Source: a virus (Duplodnaviria > Heunggongvirae > Uroviricota > Caudoviricetes). From it: a stretch of 47,772 nucleotides of DNA. Below are positions 1-8,463 of this stretch, in pieces (within the stretch, counting starts at the first letter, position 1; each line of letters opens with the position of its first letter). The notes under the pieces were generated by a model. The model searched no databases. It was not told the DNA's origin and was given only the letters and a program-made list of their open reading frames with translations. The stretch is from the IMG/VR virus record IMGVR_UViG_2698536610_000001. One strand, given 5' to 3'. A program made the translations under genes and the position numbers.

Positions 1-1
1 A

Positions 2-1297
2 TTAATTTTTCATTGCTTCGTTATGGGGCATGGTTGGGGCAAACTCGCTTAACTGTGTATTTAACAAAGCTACCTGTGCATTATTGTTTTCAGACATCCA
101 TTTTCCGTATACCTGAAATACCATTTGCGCATCTGCATGGCCCATCTGGTTTGCTATAAATGCTGGGTTAGCACCAGCTGTCAGCGACCAGCAGGCATAA
201 GTATGTCTCGACTGATATGATTTTCGATGGCGGAGTCCGGCACGTTTTATCGCTGCGTCCCACATCTGCCTTATTGAGTCAACGGTAAAATGGTCACCAT
301 AATTTTTTACTCTCGCTGACACTTCAGGTTGAAAAACAAAGGTGCATTTATGTTTTTCTGTTCTGCCATACTCTCTGAGGTGAACATCAATGATATGCTC
401 TTTGCTCAGTCTCGTTAATGTCATCTGACTCCGGAGAGCGTCGATTGCTGGCTTAATAAGATGAATGACCCGATTGGTTCCCGCCTGTGTTTTTGGTACC
501 GTGAAACGGTCTTTTGCTAAATTTCTCCTGATCATCATTGTTCCATTTTTCAGATCTATGTCCTCCCATCCAAGTGCACACAGCTCACCAGGGCGAACGC
601 CAGTATAAACAGAAACACACCATAAATTTTTGGCTTGCTGATTTCTGCACGCATCGATAAGACGGATGAATTCCTCCCGCGAAAGAGGATCCGGAATGGT
701 TCTTGATTCCTTTAATGGCGAGATCCCCTTAAACGGGTTATCTGCCAGGTAACCGTTATCAACACCAAACTGGAACACGGCGTTAAGATTTGTCATGTAA
801 TTATTTACAGTTACAGCCGATCTCCCTGGTTGTGTAACAATATAGTTACTTTTGGGGATCTGGTATCCAGTCAGTAGCTCTTTACGAACCTCCAGTAATT
901 TTTCTTTATTAATCGATGAGGCAAGATTTTTTTCACCGATTATGCTCAGGATATTTTTGATGACGGCACGGTATGTGTTGAGTGATGTTTTTGCGACTTC
1001 AGTTTCTTTCAGTGCCAGAAATTTTTCAGCCAGTTCTTTTATGGTTAAATCTTGTCGGGCCTCACCAAATTTTTCCAGATTGCGTGAGGAGGGAAACTGT
1101 TTTGCATAGTCGAAAACACCAGTTTTTATTGCGTAACAAACAGAGGCGCGTAGCTCACCTGCAACGCGCCTGTTTTTTGCTGTGTCAGGAACCCCCAGGT
1201 TTTCCCTGACTCTTACGCCTTTATAAACAAACCAGATACGTAATTTCCCTCCATGGTTTTCCACGCCTGTCGGATATTTCATTTCAACTTCTCTCAT
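2..1297 (-). CDS. int: Phage tyrosine integrase (site-specific recombinase), Rac/Qin-type
   Basis: 431-aa ORF; C-terminal catalytic region with the R...H..R...Y pattern (…HRKSYQSRHTYACWSL…GHADAQMVFQVYG); N-terminus resembles lambdoid prophage integrases; sits at the prophage edge next to an excisionase-like gene. Confidence 0.9.
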   Translation of the reverse strand: MREVEMKYPTGVENHGGKLRIWFVYKGVRVRENLGVPDTAKNRRVAGELRASVCYAIKTGVFDYAKQFPSSRNLEKFGEARQDLTIKELAEKFLALKETEVAKTSLNTYRAVIKNILSIIGEKNLASSINKEKLLEVRKELLTGYQIPKSNYIVTQPGRSAVTVNNYMTNLNAVFQFGVDNGYLADNPFKGISPLKESRTIPDPLSREEFIRLIDACRNQQAKNLWCVSVYTGVRPGELCALGWEDIDLKNGTMMIRRNLAKDRFTVPKTQAGTNRVIHLIKPAIDALRSQMTLTRLSKEHIIDVHLREYGRTEKHKCTFVFQPEVSARVKNYGDHFTVDSIRQMWDAAIKRAGLRHRKSYQSRHTYACWSLTAGANPAFIANQMGHADAQMVFQVYGKWMSENNNAQVALLNTQLSEFAPTMPHNEAMKN

Positions 1298-1316
1298 TAG
1301 TTAGTGTGGCTTTTAG

Positions 1317-1568
1317 TCAAGTAAAATGACGTCTTGGTCTTGCTGATGCCTGGCGCTCAATCCAGCGATCAATTTCTTCCAGGTTGTAAAAGCATGGACT
1401 GTTATCCCATGGCATACCGTCATGAGCGACATGCTTATATTCCCTTCCTTCCATAAACGATTTTTCCCGGGCCTTTTTTAACGTACCTTTTTTTATTCCT
1501 TTCAGCGCAATTAACTGCTCTTCGGATACCCATTTGCCGGGAGAGACAATCATGATTACTTCGCTCAT
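1317..1568 (-). CDS. Excisionase-like protein (start codon uncertain)
   Basis: Small basic ORF immediately upstream of int on the same strand, the canonical xis position; identification is positional plus general family resemblance. Confidence 0.5.
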   Translation of the reverse strand: MSEVIMIVSPGKWVSEEQLIALKGIKKGTLKKAREKSFMEGREYKHVAHDGMPWDNSPCFYNLEEIDRWIERQASARPRRHFT

Positions 1569-1640
1569 CGATTTCTTTATCTCTTACATCAGACGAGCGC
1601 CGGTTGCAGAATACCAGTCACAACCGGCGACAGTTGAACA

Positions 1641-4112
1641 TTAAGAATCAGCCTGACTCGGGATCAGTTTTTGCCAGATAGCTGAAACGTATTTTGCCTG
1701 GTAACGGGCGTCATCAAGTGCATTATGGCGCTCACCTTCGAATGGAATAGCCGTTCTGGCATCGAAGTCTATGGCTTTCCCCAGCTCAACGATTGTGCGT
1801 ACATCGCGATCGTTGTAGTAACGCCACGGGCAGGGGATTCCCTGCCGTTCGTATGAACGGCGCAAAATCGTGTTGTCGAAGTTGGCTCCATTTCCCCAGA
1901 CATGAACAAAAAATTCACCGGAGTTTTCGTCGATAAATTCCCGCAATTGTAACAGTGCATCATCTAACGGGATTTCATCGGTCATAATGGCAGATTGCGC
2001 TTCGCGTGATTGTTTAAGCCACCATTTAATGGTGTCACGATCAATGACTCCGCCAGCAGTTTCCAGATCGATAGTCTTACTAAATTCCGGTCCCATATCT
2101 CCGGTTTGCGGATCGAAAAATATTGCACCTATTGAGATAATCGGGGCATCGGGATTTTTTCCCATGGTTTCAAGGTCGATCATCAGATGAATCCCCGCTC
2201 TGCTGGTGGATGTGAGATTATGATGACCGTTCGTCTTAATTAAGGGATCTGACGCCTCGCCAGTTTCACTATCGCTGGCATGATGCTGATTGCCGCCAGT
2301 GTTCTCCTTGTGCTGATGCGCAGTGCCTTCCATTTCCTCCGGATCATTTTCCTGAACTTCAGGCTGATTCTCTCCATCGAATATTTCCTGGTATGTTGCG
2401 TCACCCATCACCGCACCACAATCAGGGCAGTTGCCGCCACCGCTATGACCGCAGGCGGTGCAGATCTTTTCCGGTTCCTGTTGCACTACTGGTTCAGGTT
2501 GTTTCGTTTCTGGCTCGTTTTGTTGCGTATTTGGGCTGTTTTGTTCCGCTTTCTGGTCGTTCTGTTCCGTTTCTTGCTGGTTCTGGTTCACAGAATCGAG
2601 GGTCTGGATCCCCTTAACCCATTTCGGATCATTCGGGTCGCTAATCCCTTCAACAAATTCACCACGTGATACTGCAAGCAGTTCATCGGCGTCAGGCTGG
2701 CTGATATTGGCTGCCTGCATAATTTTGTTTACTTCGTCAGAGGTAACTTTTACTGACCCTGGTTGTGCGGTCGTGTCAGATGCACCAGTATTTTGTTGTG
2801 AACCTGAGTATGTACCGTTTTTGCGGGCGAAATATTCTTCTTTCGTGATTTCAGTAGCCCCAGCAGACAGCGCCTTATCCAGACCAGAAAGTTTGTTTGC
2901 GCGACCGTATTTTTCGCCATCCTTGTCGGTGAAGAGGAAGTAGAACGGCCCCTCACGTTCTACAGATGGTTCGACTTCCACTTTGCATTCGGTTTTTTCG
3001 TTGTCTGGAATTGCCGTTTCCACTGCATCAGTTTCTGGTACTGGCGACGAGAGAGTATCAGTTGCGCTCTGATTTGTTCCTTCATCTTCAAACACGCCCT
3101 TTGTAGTCAGGTATTCAGTAATGTATTTGTTCAGTGCCACAGGGTCTTTGTGAATGTCGATCGGACGTTCACGGACAAGGCCAAAAATAGTCTGGCGGTC
3201 GTAGCGAAGGGCATCAGGCTGTTTGCGCATTGATGCCGAGATACGCTTCCAGTCTTCGCGGTCGTTGTCGATAACTTCTTTTTTTGCCCAGCGATGGATG
3301 CTGCCGTCAATGTTTCCGGCATCCACATCACCAGGCCAGAGAGCGTAGGCCAGTTCGTCATCCAGTGTTTTCCATGTCTGCTTGTATTCGCGATGAATGG
3401 CAGCAATGACCGGGTTGATTTTTCCTGTTGAATTTTCAGTGTGCTGTTGATTGGCTCTGGCGCGGGCGAGATCAACAACAGACGTGTATTTTCCGGCTTC
3501 CTTGCGTTCACCTTCGCGACGTTTTTTCCAGATGCGCATCTCTGCCTGAATTTCGGGCCATTTGGCACCAGGCTTACATTTATGCTTAACCCACCCGATG
3601 GCATGCAGCTTAAGCTCCGGATACATAGCGTTAACTTCTGGCATTTTCATCAACGCTTCAACGATATGGCCGTCGAATGTTGCCATGTCTTCCTGCAACA
3701 ATTCCTGTGCGCTAATCACCATATCAACAGTGATGTTTTCACATGTGTGGAACTTAACCATGACAGCGTTCTGTACTTCAGGGGCCAGCTTGTCAAAAGT
3801 GACGTTCATCGGATCGGATTCAGTCTCAACCGGAACAAAAGAAGCAGACGCCTCATCCCAGCGGTTTTCCTGCATATATTCAGCATCCCAGGAATCGAGG
3901 GCAGGGCGGGGTATACCGGGTTTATCCTCGCAAACAAGAAATTTATAAGCGCAGTCCTGAGCAGCCGGATAATGTTCCAGGAATTGCCAGTGAAATTTTG
4001 CTCGAGCACGGCGTTCGTCGCCAGCTTCAATGGCTGTGGCTACAGCCACAGCGCCTTCTTCCCTTGTTGCCAGTTCGTCAGGAATAGCGGCGCAAATAAA
4101 GACTTTACTCAT
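1641..4112 (-). CDS. Prophage exonuclease with C-terminal DnaQ-like DEDDh 3'-5' exonuclease domain and internal Cys4 zinc ribbon
   Basis: 823-aa ORF; C-terminal motifs MIDLETMG (Exo I), HVWGNGANFD (Exo II), HNALDDARYQ (Exo III); CTACGH…CPDCG zinc-ribbon motif; acidic low-complexity linker. Often annotated as exodeoxyribonuclease VIII in databases, but the domain seen here is DnaQ-like. Confidence 0.8.
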   Translation of the reverse strand: MSKVFICAAIPDELATREEGAVAVATAIEAGDERRARAKFHWQFLEHYPAAQDCAYKFLVCEDKPGIPRPALDSWDAEYMQENRWDEASASFVPVETESDPMNVTFDKLAPEVQNAVMVKFHTCENITVDMVISAQELLQEDMATFDGHIVEALMKMPEVNAMYPELKLHAIGWVKHKCKPGAKWPEIQAEMRIWKKRREGERKEAGKYTSVVDLARARANQQHTENSTGKINPVIAAIHREYKQTWKTLDDELAYALWPGDVDAGNIDGSIHRWAKKEVIDNDREDWKRISASMRKQPDALRYDRQTIFGLVRERPIDIHKDPVALNKYITEYLTTKGVFEDEGTNQSATDTLSSPVPETDAVETAIPDNEKTECKVEVEPSVEREGPFYFLFTDKDGEKYGRANKLSGLDKALSAGATEITKEEYFARKNGTYSGSQQNTGASDTTAQPGSVKVTSDEVNKIMQAANISQPDADELLAVSRGEFVEGISDPNDPKWVKGIQTLDSVNQNQQETEQNDQKAEQNSPNTQQNEPETKQPEPVVQQEPEKICTACGHSGGGNCPDCGAVMGDATYQEIFDGENQPEVQENDPEEMEGTAHQHKENTGGNQHHASDSETGEASDPLIKTNGHHNLTSTSRAGIHLMIDLETMGKNPDAPIISIGAIFFDPQTGDMGPEFSKTIDLETAGGVIDRDTIKWWLKQSREAQSAIMTDEIPLDDALLQLREFIDENSGEFFVHVWGNGANFDNTILRRSYERQGIPCPWRYYNDRDVRTIVELGKAIDFDARTAIPFEGERHNALDDARYQAKYVSAIWQKLIPSQADS

Positions 4113-4205
4113 TTTATTTTAACCTCATGACAGATTTAAGGATGAATAAATCCCTGCCATTGCTGGCATATAAGAATGAAACCGGATATTTATTACGGAA
4201 CTGTT

Positions 4206-4397
4206 TTAAAGACCTGCCGGGATTTCGATATTATCCTGGTGAATAACTTTATCGACCGGGTAACAGTTACCGGGAATTTTCTGTTCGGTTGCTGCAGTCA
4301 TACACTCCTGCATTGTCCTGTGAACACTGACTGCAATATCAACTGGCTCTCCGGAAACAAGAAAAACTGTCAGAACAAGCGCAAATGCTGAATTCAT
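4206..4397 (-). CDS. ydfD: YdfD-like small single-TM lysis protein
   Basis: 63-aa ORF MNSAFALVLTVFLVSGEPVDIAVSV… with N-terminal hydrophobic helix; matches remembered Qin YdfD; stop/start overlap with dicB; start set at the internal ATG of the 81-aa track ORF. Confidence 0.7.
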   Translation of the reverse strand: MNSAFALVLTVFLVSGEPVDIAVSVHRTMQECMTAATEQKIPGNCYPVDKVIHQDNIEIPAGL

Positions 4398-4582
4398 TGT
4401 GCACATCTTTTTGGCATCAGACGTAAACGAGCCAGCATTGAAACAATGCATATTTTATTTAATAGCTCCCGTTCTTGTTTTCTCTTGTTAATGGCATCTT
4501 CAGTAAATACTGGGTTACTGATAGTGACACCAATTTCAAAACAACCTTCAGACGTATTAACGTTTGGTAATAACGTTTTCAT
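4394..4582 (-). CDS. dicB: Cell division inhibitor DicB
   Basis: 62-aa ORF MKTLLPNVNTSEGCFEIGVTISNPVFTEDAINKRKQERELLNKICIVSMLARLRLMPK…; matches remembered DicB; GAGGA Shine-Dalgarno upstream; dicF immediately upstream on the same strand. Confidence 0.8.
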   Translation of the reverse strand: MKTLLPNVNTSEGCFEIGVTISNPVFTEDAINKRKQERELLNKICIVSMLARLRLMPKRCAQ

Positions 4583-4751
4583 TATCGCGTCCTCAACAAT
4601 GAATTTTGTGATGCGGTGCCTGGTGCCTCCAGGTGACGTTAACCAGTTAACAATTAACGCCGGATACAGAGAATCCACCCATAACACTGTTTTTGGTTTT
4701 AACTGTTCCGCGTGCGCTCAGCCGCATTCACCACATCACAAAATTCACTTT

Positions 4752-4809
4752 AAAAAGGGCGGCAGAGCAGTCACGGAGTAAAACTGATACCGCCAAACGT
4801 CACCAGAAA
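4752..4809 (-). ncRNA. dicF: DicF small RNA (ftsZ-targeting antisense sRNA) with 3' hairpin and U-tract
   Basis: Minus-strand sequence TTTCTGGTGACGTTTGGCGGTATCAGTTTTACTCCGTGACTGCTCTGCCGCCCTTTTT is readable directly; GGCGG…CTGCCGCC stem followed by a T-run; lies between ydfC and dicB as in Qin. Confidence 0.75.
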
Positions 4810-5121
4810 ATTGATAACAGAGGGCGTTGCAGCGGGGTTGTCACTTAAGCGTATGGTCAACCTGACAACCCGGTGTCCTCAACGGGGGAAGGAATAACCC
4901 CGCCATACTTACCGCCGCGCCATTTCGCGGATTGCCACAACCGGAAGCGCACGGTCGACGAAAATTTAACGACAGGCTATCTATGAACCAGCTACCTCGC
5001 CGTGCGCTTTCGCGTTATGGTCTGACTTTTCAGGGAAATATCCTTTCAGTAAACTGTCAGTGCTGGATGCTCACCCGTGTCCGGCACACGCACTCCACCT
5101 CACCCGTGGAGAACTCCTTTA

Positions 5122-5337
5122 TTACCAACCTGTAATCATTCTGGCAATGCTTAATGCTGCTGCTTTTTCCAGATTGGTGATATCCTGCTCCAGAGCGGAC
5201 AGATTTTCAGCCTGCTTAGCCCTGGCTTCATTGGCCCATTTCAGATCCTGCGCTGCATTAATTTTCTGGTGCATCCACTCATAAAGTTCATCATCGGTAT
5301 AGTCTGGCGCGATGATGACGGGTTCTCGTTTCTGCAT
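5122..5337 (-). CDS. ydfC: YdfC-like small protein (leftward early operon)
   Basis: 71-aa ORF with GAGGA SD; position between ydfB-like and dicF matches the Qin dicB operon; sequence consistent with remembered YdfC. Confidence 0.6.
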   Translation of the reverse strand: MQKREPVIIAPDYTDDELYEWMHQKINAAQDLKWANEARAKQAENLSALEQDITNLEKAAALSIARMITGW

Positions 5338-5366
5338 ACTGATTCCTCGCGGTGCTGTTTCGCTTA

Positions 5367-5495
5367 TCAGCCGTTAGATTTTGCCGAACTGGAAAGCGCC
5401 TGTTTAAATTCGTTGAAGCTGAGAGCTTCTTCGCCTTCGGCAAGACCTTCGAAGTATTCTTCGTAAGCCTTTTCCATGATTGTGTCGAAATCCAT
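5367..5495 (-). CDS. ydfB: YdfB-like 42-aa protein
   Basis: Hand-translated minus-strand ORF MDFDTIMEKAYEEYFEGLAEGEEALSFNEFKQALSSSAKSNG (below the track threshold); start is one base from the ydfA stop. Confidence 0.5.
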   Translation of the reverse strand: MDFDTIMEKAYEEYFEGLAEGEEALSFNEFKQALSSSAKSNG

Positions 5496-5496
5496 A

Positions 5497-5652
5497 TCAC
5501 TCACCTGAGTTTCTTTCCAGCCAGCGACGGGCACCATTTTCGGTTTTAAACGTTTTGCTTTTGGTATACGTCATCGCGGTGAACGTACCGTCCTGGTTGG
5601 GGAACACGCCACATACCAGAGATTCGCTGTTGCCAAGATCGATAGTATCCAT
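5497..5652 (-). CDS. ydfA: YdfA-like 51-aa protein
   Basis: Internal start MDTIDLGNSESLVCGVFPNQDGTFTAMTYTKSKTF… of the 69-aa track ORF; first gene downstream of the leftward promoter/operator region. Confidence 0.55.
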   Translation of the reverse strand: MDTIDLGNSESLVCGVFPNQDGTFTAMTYTKSKTFKTENGARRWLERNSGE

Positions 5653-5729
5653 GCTGACCTCATTTCCCCTTAACGCTGGGGTAGCGGAACTGTTTGCTGA
5701 GAACACCGTGCGGTGTGTTGATGCAAATA

Positions 5730-5758
5730 AGATTAGCTATGACTAACATATAGGTCAA
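5730..5758 (-). promoter_or_regulatory. Putative leftward early promoter (dicB-operon promoter analogue): -35 TTGACC, 17-bp spacer, -10 TAATCT
   Basis: Read on the minus strand; the spacer and -10 overlap the TTAGCTATGACTAA operator-like palindrome at 5733-5746. Confidence 0.45.
5733..5746. promoter_or_regulatory. Operator-like site TTAGCTATGACTAA (TTAG-N6-CTAA)
   Basis: Near-palindrome of the same TTAG…CTAA family that recurs four times around dicA. Confidence 0.5.
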
Positions 5759-5769
5759 GTGATTTTGTA

Positions 5770-5783
5770 TGTTATGGCTAACA
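5770..5783. promoter_or_regulatory. Operator-like half-palindrome TGTTATGGCTAACA
   Basis: Related to the other TTAG-N6-CTAA sites; between dicA stop and ydfA. Confidence 0.35.
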
Positions 5784-5818
5784 TAATTGATGTGGTAAAA
5801 GATAACTCATTGATGATG

Positions 5819-6226
5819 TTATCTTTTATTTGTCCGCTGACGGGCTTTTAGTAATTCTTCAAAGAGTTTATTGAAGTTTTTTACTCGAGCTCGCATTTCG
5901 GCGAGCTGGGTATCCTGTTCTGATTCTGGCAGTGCATTAAACAGCTCAAGGAGCTCTAGTTCTTTGGGGGATAAGGCAACTGGCTTCTCAACAGGTGGTG
6001 TTGGTTGCTTGTCTTCATCGCCAAATAGAATCCATGTTGGTGAGCATTGCAATACTTTGCTGAGGGCAAAAAGGTTCTTCCCTGTAGGTTCACTATCATC
6101 CCGTTCCCATTGTGATACAGACACATGGGAGATTTTCAGGGCTTTAGCAAGAGACCTTTGGGTGTGTTTGAGGTTTTTCCGACGATACCTAATGCGTTCG
6201 CCGATAGTTAAATTTTTTGTTTCCAT
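5819..6226 (-). CDS. dicA: DicA-type HTH (XRE family) repressor, CI-like immunity repressor
   Basis: 135-aa ORF METKNLTIGERIRYRRKNLKHTQRSLAKALKISHVSVSQWERDDSEPTGKNLF… matches remembered DicA; divergent from dicC; palindromic operators on both sides. Confidence 0.85.
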   Translation of the reverse strand: METKNLTIGERIRYRRKNLKHTQRSLAKALKISHVSVSQWERDDSEPTGKNLFALSKVLQCSPTWILFGDEDKQPTPPVEKPVALSPKELELLELFNALPESEQDTQLAEMRARVKNFNKLFEELLKARQRTNKR

Positions 6227-6228
6227 AG

Positions 6229-6242
6229 TTAGCTAATGCTAA
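6229..6242. promoter_or_regulatory. Operator-like palindrome TTAGCTAATGCTAA
   Basis: TTAG-N6-CTAA inverted repeat 3 bp beyond the dicA start codon, in the dicA-dicC intergenic region. Confidence 0.5.
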
Positions 6243-6248
6243 ATCGTA

Positions 6249-6277
6249 TTGACTATGTTTTTGTTAACATCTATTTT
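6249..6277 (+). promoter_or_regulatory. Putative rightward early promoter for dicC: -35 TTGACT, 17-bp spacer, -10 TATTTT
   Basis: Consensus -35 hexamer; the -10 region is overlapped by the 40-bp perfect palindrome. Confidence 0.45.
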
Positions 6278-6305
6278 GTTAGTCATGACTAACAAAATAG
6301 ATGTT
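6266..6305. promoter_or_regulatory. 40-bp perfect palindrome AACATCTATTTTGTTAGTCA|TGACTAACAAAATAGATGTT with core TTAGTCATGACTAA; putative main operator
   Basis: Read directly; the first 20 nt are the exact reverse complement of the second 20 nt; ends 4 bp before the dicC ATG. Confidence 0.6.
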
Positions 6306-6309
6306 TTAA

Positions 6310-6540
6310 ATGCTTAAAACTGACGCTCTTTTGTATTTCGGTTCAAAAACAAAACTTGCACAAGCAGCAGGTATTCGTTTGGCTTCGCTTTATAGCTGGA
6401 AAGGGGATTTAGTTCCCGAAGGTCGCGCGGTGCGTCTACAGGAGGCATCTGGCGGGGAGCTTCAGTATGATCCCAAAGTTTATGATGAATATCGTAAGAC
6501 GAAGCGGGCGGGGCGGTTGAACAATGAAAATCACTCCTGA
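6310..6540 (+). CDS. dicC: DicC-type Cro-like regulator
   Basis: 76-aa ORF MLKTDALLYFGSKTKLAQAAGIRLASLYSWKGDLVPEGRAVRLQEASGGELQYDPKVYDEYRK… matches remembered DicC; first gene of the rightward operon. Confidence 0.8.
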   Translation: MLKTDALLYFGSKTKLAQAAGIRLASLYSWKGDLVPEGRAVRLQEASGGELQYDPKVYDEYRKTKRAGRLNNENHS

Positions 6541-7045
6541 ACAGGCTCGTGAGGCTCTGGATGCCTGGATATGTCGACCAGGAATGACACAGGAGCAGGC
6601 GACGATATTAATCACTGAAGCATTTTGGTCTTTGAAAGAGCGCCCGAACATCGATGTTCAGCGTGTCACAGATGAAGGTGGCGCGGTTGATCAGCGAGCG
6701 CTTGGCGTTAATCGAGTGAAGATATTCGAACGCTGGAAGGCTATTGACACCAGGGATAAGCGTGAAAAGTTCACGGCGCTAGTGCCTGCAATTATGGAGG
6801 CTATCCGGATTAGTGATTTCAGGTTGTATCGTGAAATTAGTGACGGGAAAAGCATTACGTACATGATCGCCGGGTTAAACAAAGAATATGGCGATGTGGT
6901 GGAGTCCGGACTGCTTTTTGCTGATCCTGCCGTAGTGGATCGTGAAACTGACGAACTTATAGAAAAAGCAATTGCTTTCAAACTTGCGTATCGACAGCAA
7001 TACCAACAAAAAGCTGGATGGAATTATGAGCCTTCTTTTTGCTGA
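6524..7045 (+). CDS. Conserved phage early protein in the cII position (possibly YdaT-family)
   Basis: 173-aa ORF overlapping the dicC 3' end by 17 nt; family assignment is tentative and from memory. Confidence 0.45.
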   Translation: MKITPEQAREALDAWICRPGMTQEQATILITEAFWSLKERPNIDVQRVTDEGGAVDQRALGVNRVKIFERWKAIDTRDKREKFTALVPAIMEAIRISDFRLYREISDGKSITYMIAGLNKEYGDVVESGLLFADPAVVDRETDELIEKAIAFKLAYRQQYQQKAGWNYEPSFC

Positions 7046-7991
7046 ACGCCCACTGGTTATAAACACACAGCTTGCGATGAAGATTGGCTTAAATGAAGCC
7101 ATTGTGTTGCAGCAGTTGCATTACTGGTTGAGAGATACTAATTCCGGCATGGAATGTGATGGTGTTCGCTGGATTTACAACACAACGGAACAATGGCTGG
7201 AACAGTTCCCATTCTGGTCAGAGTCAACTTTAAAGCGCGCGTTTGCAAGTCTGAAAACGCTGGGGCTTTTGCGTTGTGAAAAGCTCAATAAATCAAAGCG
7301 CGATATGACCAATTTCTACACGATCAACTATGGGAGCGAGCTTTTAGATGGTGGCAAATTGAGCGAATCCATCGGTTCAAAATGCGCCGCTCCATCAGGT
7401 CAAAATGACACGATGGAAGAGGTCAAAATGAAACGCTCCATTGGTTCAAAACGACCCAATGTCATCGGGTCAAAATGGCCTGATGATCTTACAGAGAATA
7501 CAACAGAGATTACTACAGAGAATAAAAACACTTTTCGTCCGGAAGCTTCGCAACCGGACCCGCAGACGACTGAACAGGATTTTTTAACCCGGAACTCCGA
7601 CGCGGTTGTGTTTAGTGCGAAAAAACGCCAGTGGGGTAGCAGGGAGGATTTGGCGTGTGCGCAGTGGATCTGGGGGCGGATCGTGGGTCTCTACGAACAG
7701 GCAGCCAGTGATGATGGCGAGATCATGCGACCAAAAGAGCCTAACTGGACTGCCTGGGCCAATGACGTGCGCACAATGCGGATGCTGGATGGCAGAAGCC
7801 ACAGACAAATTTGCGAAATGTTTGGTCGGGTACAGCGAGATCCATTCTGGGTAAAAAACATCATGAGCCCGTCAAAGCTTCGTGAAAAATGGGATGAACT
7901 GGTCATCCGTCTGGGGCGTTCGTCTGTACAGCGTTGTGTGAATCATATTTCTGAACCGGATACAGAAATTCCGCCTGGTTTCAGGGGATAA
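7026..7991 (+). CDS. Replication initiator (O-like replisome organiser) with internal origin iterons
   Basis: Start at the internal ATG (MSLLFAERPLVIN…) overlapping the upstream stop; the protein carries IGSK repeats encoded by the iteron array; no separate P/DnaC-like loader follows. Confidence 0.6.
   Translation: MSLLFAERPLVINTQLAMKIGLNEAIVLQQLHYWLRDTNSGMECDGVRWIYNTTEQWLEQFPFWSESTLKRAFASLKTLGLLRCEKLNKSKRDMTNFYTINYGSELLDGGKLSESIGSKCAAPSGQNDTMEEVKMKRSIGSKRPNVIGSKWPDDLTENTTEITTENKNTFRPEASQPDPQTTEQDFLTRNSDAVVFSAKKRQWGSREDLACAQWIWGRIVGLYEQAASDDGEIMRPKEPNWTAWANDVRTMRMLDGRSHRQICEMFGRVQRDPFWVKNIMSPSKLREKWDELVIRLGRSSVQRCVNHISEPDTEIPPGFRG
7374..7478. repeat. Array of five iteron-like direct repeats (GGTYCAAAAYG), putative phage origin
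   Basis: Repeats at about 7374, 7398, 7421, 7443 and 7468, spaced 22-25 bp; followed by A+T-rich ACAGAGAWT repeats at 7490-7530; lies inside the initiator gene, as lambda ori lies inside O. Confidence 0.6.
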
Positions 7992-8031
7992 GTGTTGATT
8001 TCAGGTCATGAGGTAATTTTAAGGGGGACTT

Positions 8032-8463
8032 GTGGCAAAAGTTTTTACACAAGAAGAGCGGGAAAAAATTAAAGGGCAGGTGGTGGAACTCGTGCGCCAG
8101 AGCGGTCGTGAGACGCTACGGCAACTGGAAGCTAAAACAGGTGCGACAAGATATCTGATGAGCGTTCTTGCCAGAGAGCTGGTTGCCAGTGGCGATGTAT
8201 ACAACTCCGGCTACGGGTTATTCCCCTCTGAACAGGCGCGTAAGGACTGGCAAAACGCCCGCAAAAAACTCTCGAGGGCAAAGATGAAGAAAACAGCTGT
8301 GGTTGATCCGGACCTTATCTGGTCGTTACCTGATGGAGAAATACGCCGCTACGACAGTCGCCTAAACATAATCTGTCGCGAGTGCCGGAAGACTGAAGTT
8401 ATGCAGCGCATACTCGCATTCTATCAGGGAAATGCTCGATATCTATTGAAGCGACGAGATTAA
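8032..8463 (+). CDS. Hypothetical phage protein (possible DNA-binding protein), GTG start
   Basis: 143-aa basic ORF after the replication gene; start codon uncertain. Confidence 0.4.
   Translation: MAKVFTQEEREKIKGQVVELVRQSGRETLRQLEAKTGATRYLMSVLARELVASGDVYNSGYGLFPSEQARKDWQNARKKLSRAKMKKTAVVDPDLIWSLPDGEIRRYDSRLNIICRECRKTEVMQRILAFYQGNARYLLKRRD

Noticed and set aside
3441-4130. 229-aa plus-strand ORF inside the exonuclease gene, with other short antisense ORFs at 1769-3948
   Set aside because: Antisense to the 823-aa exonuclease ORF with its clear DEDDh motifs.
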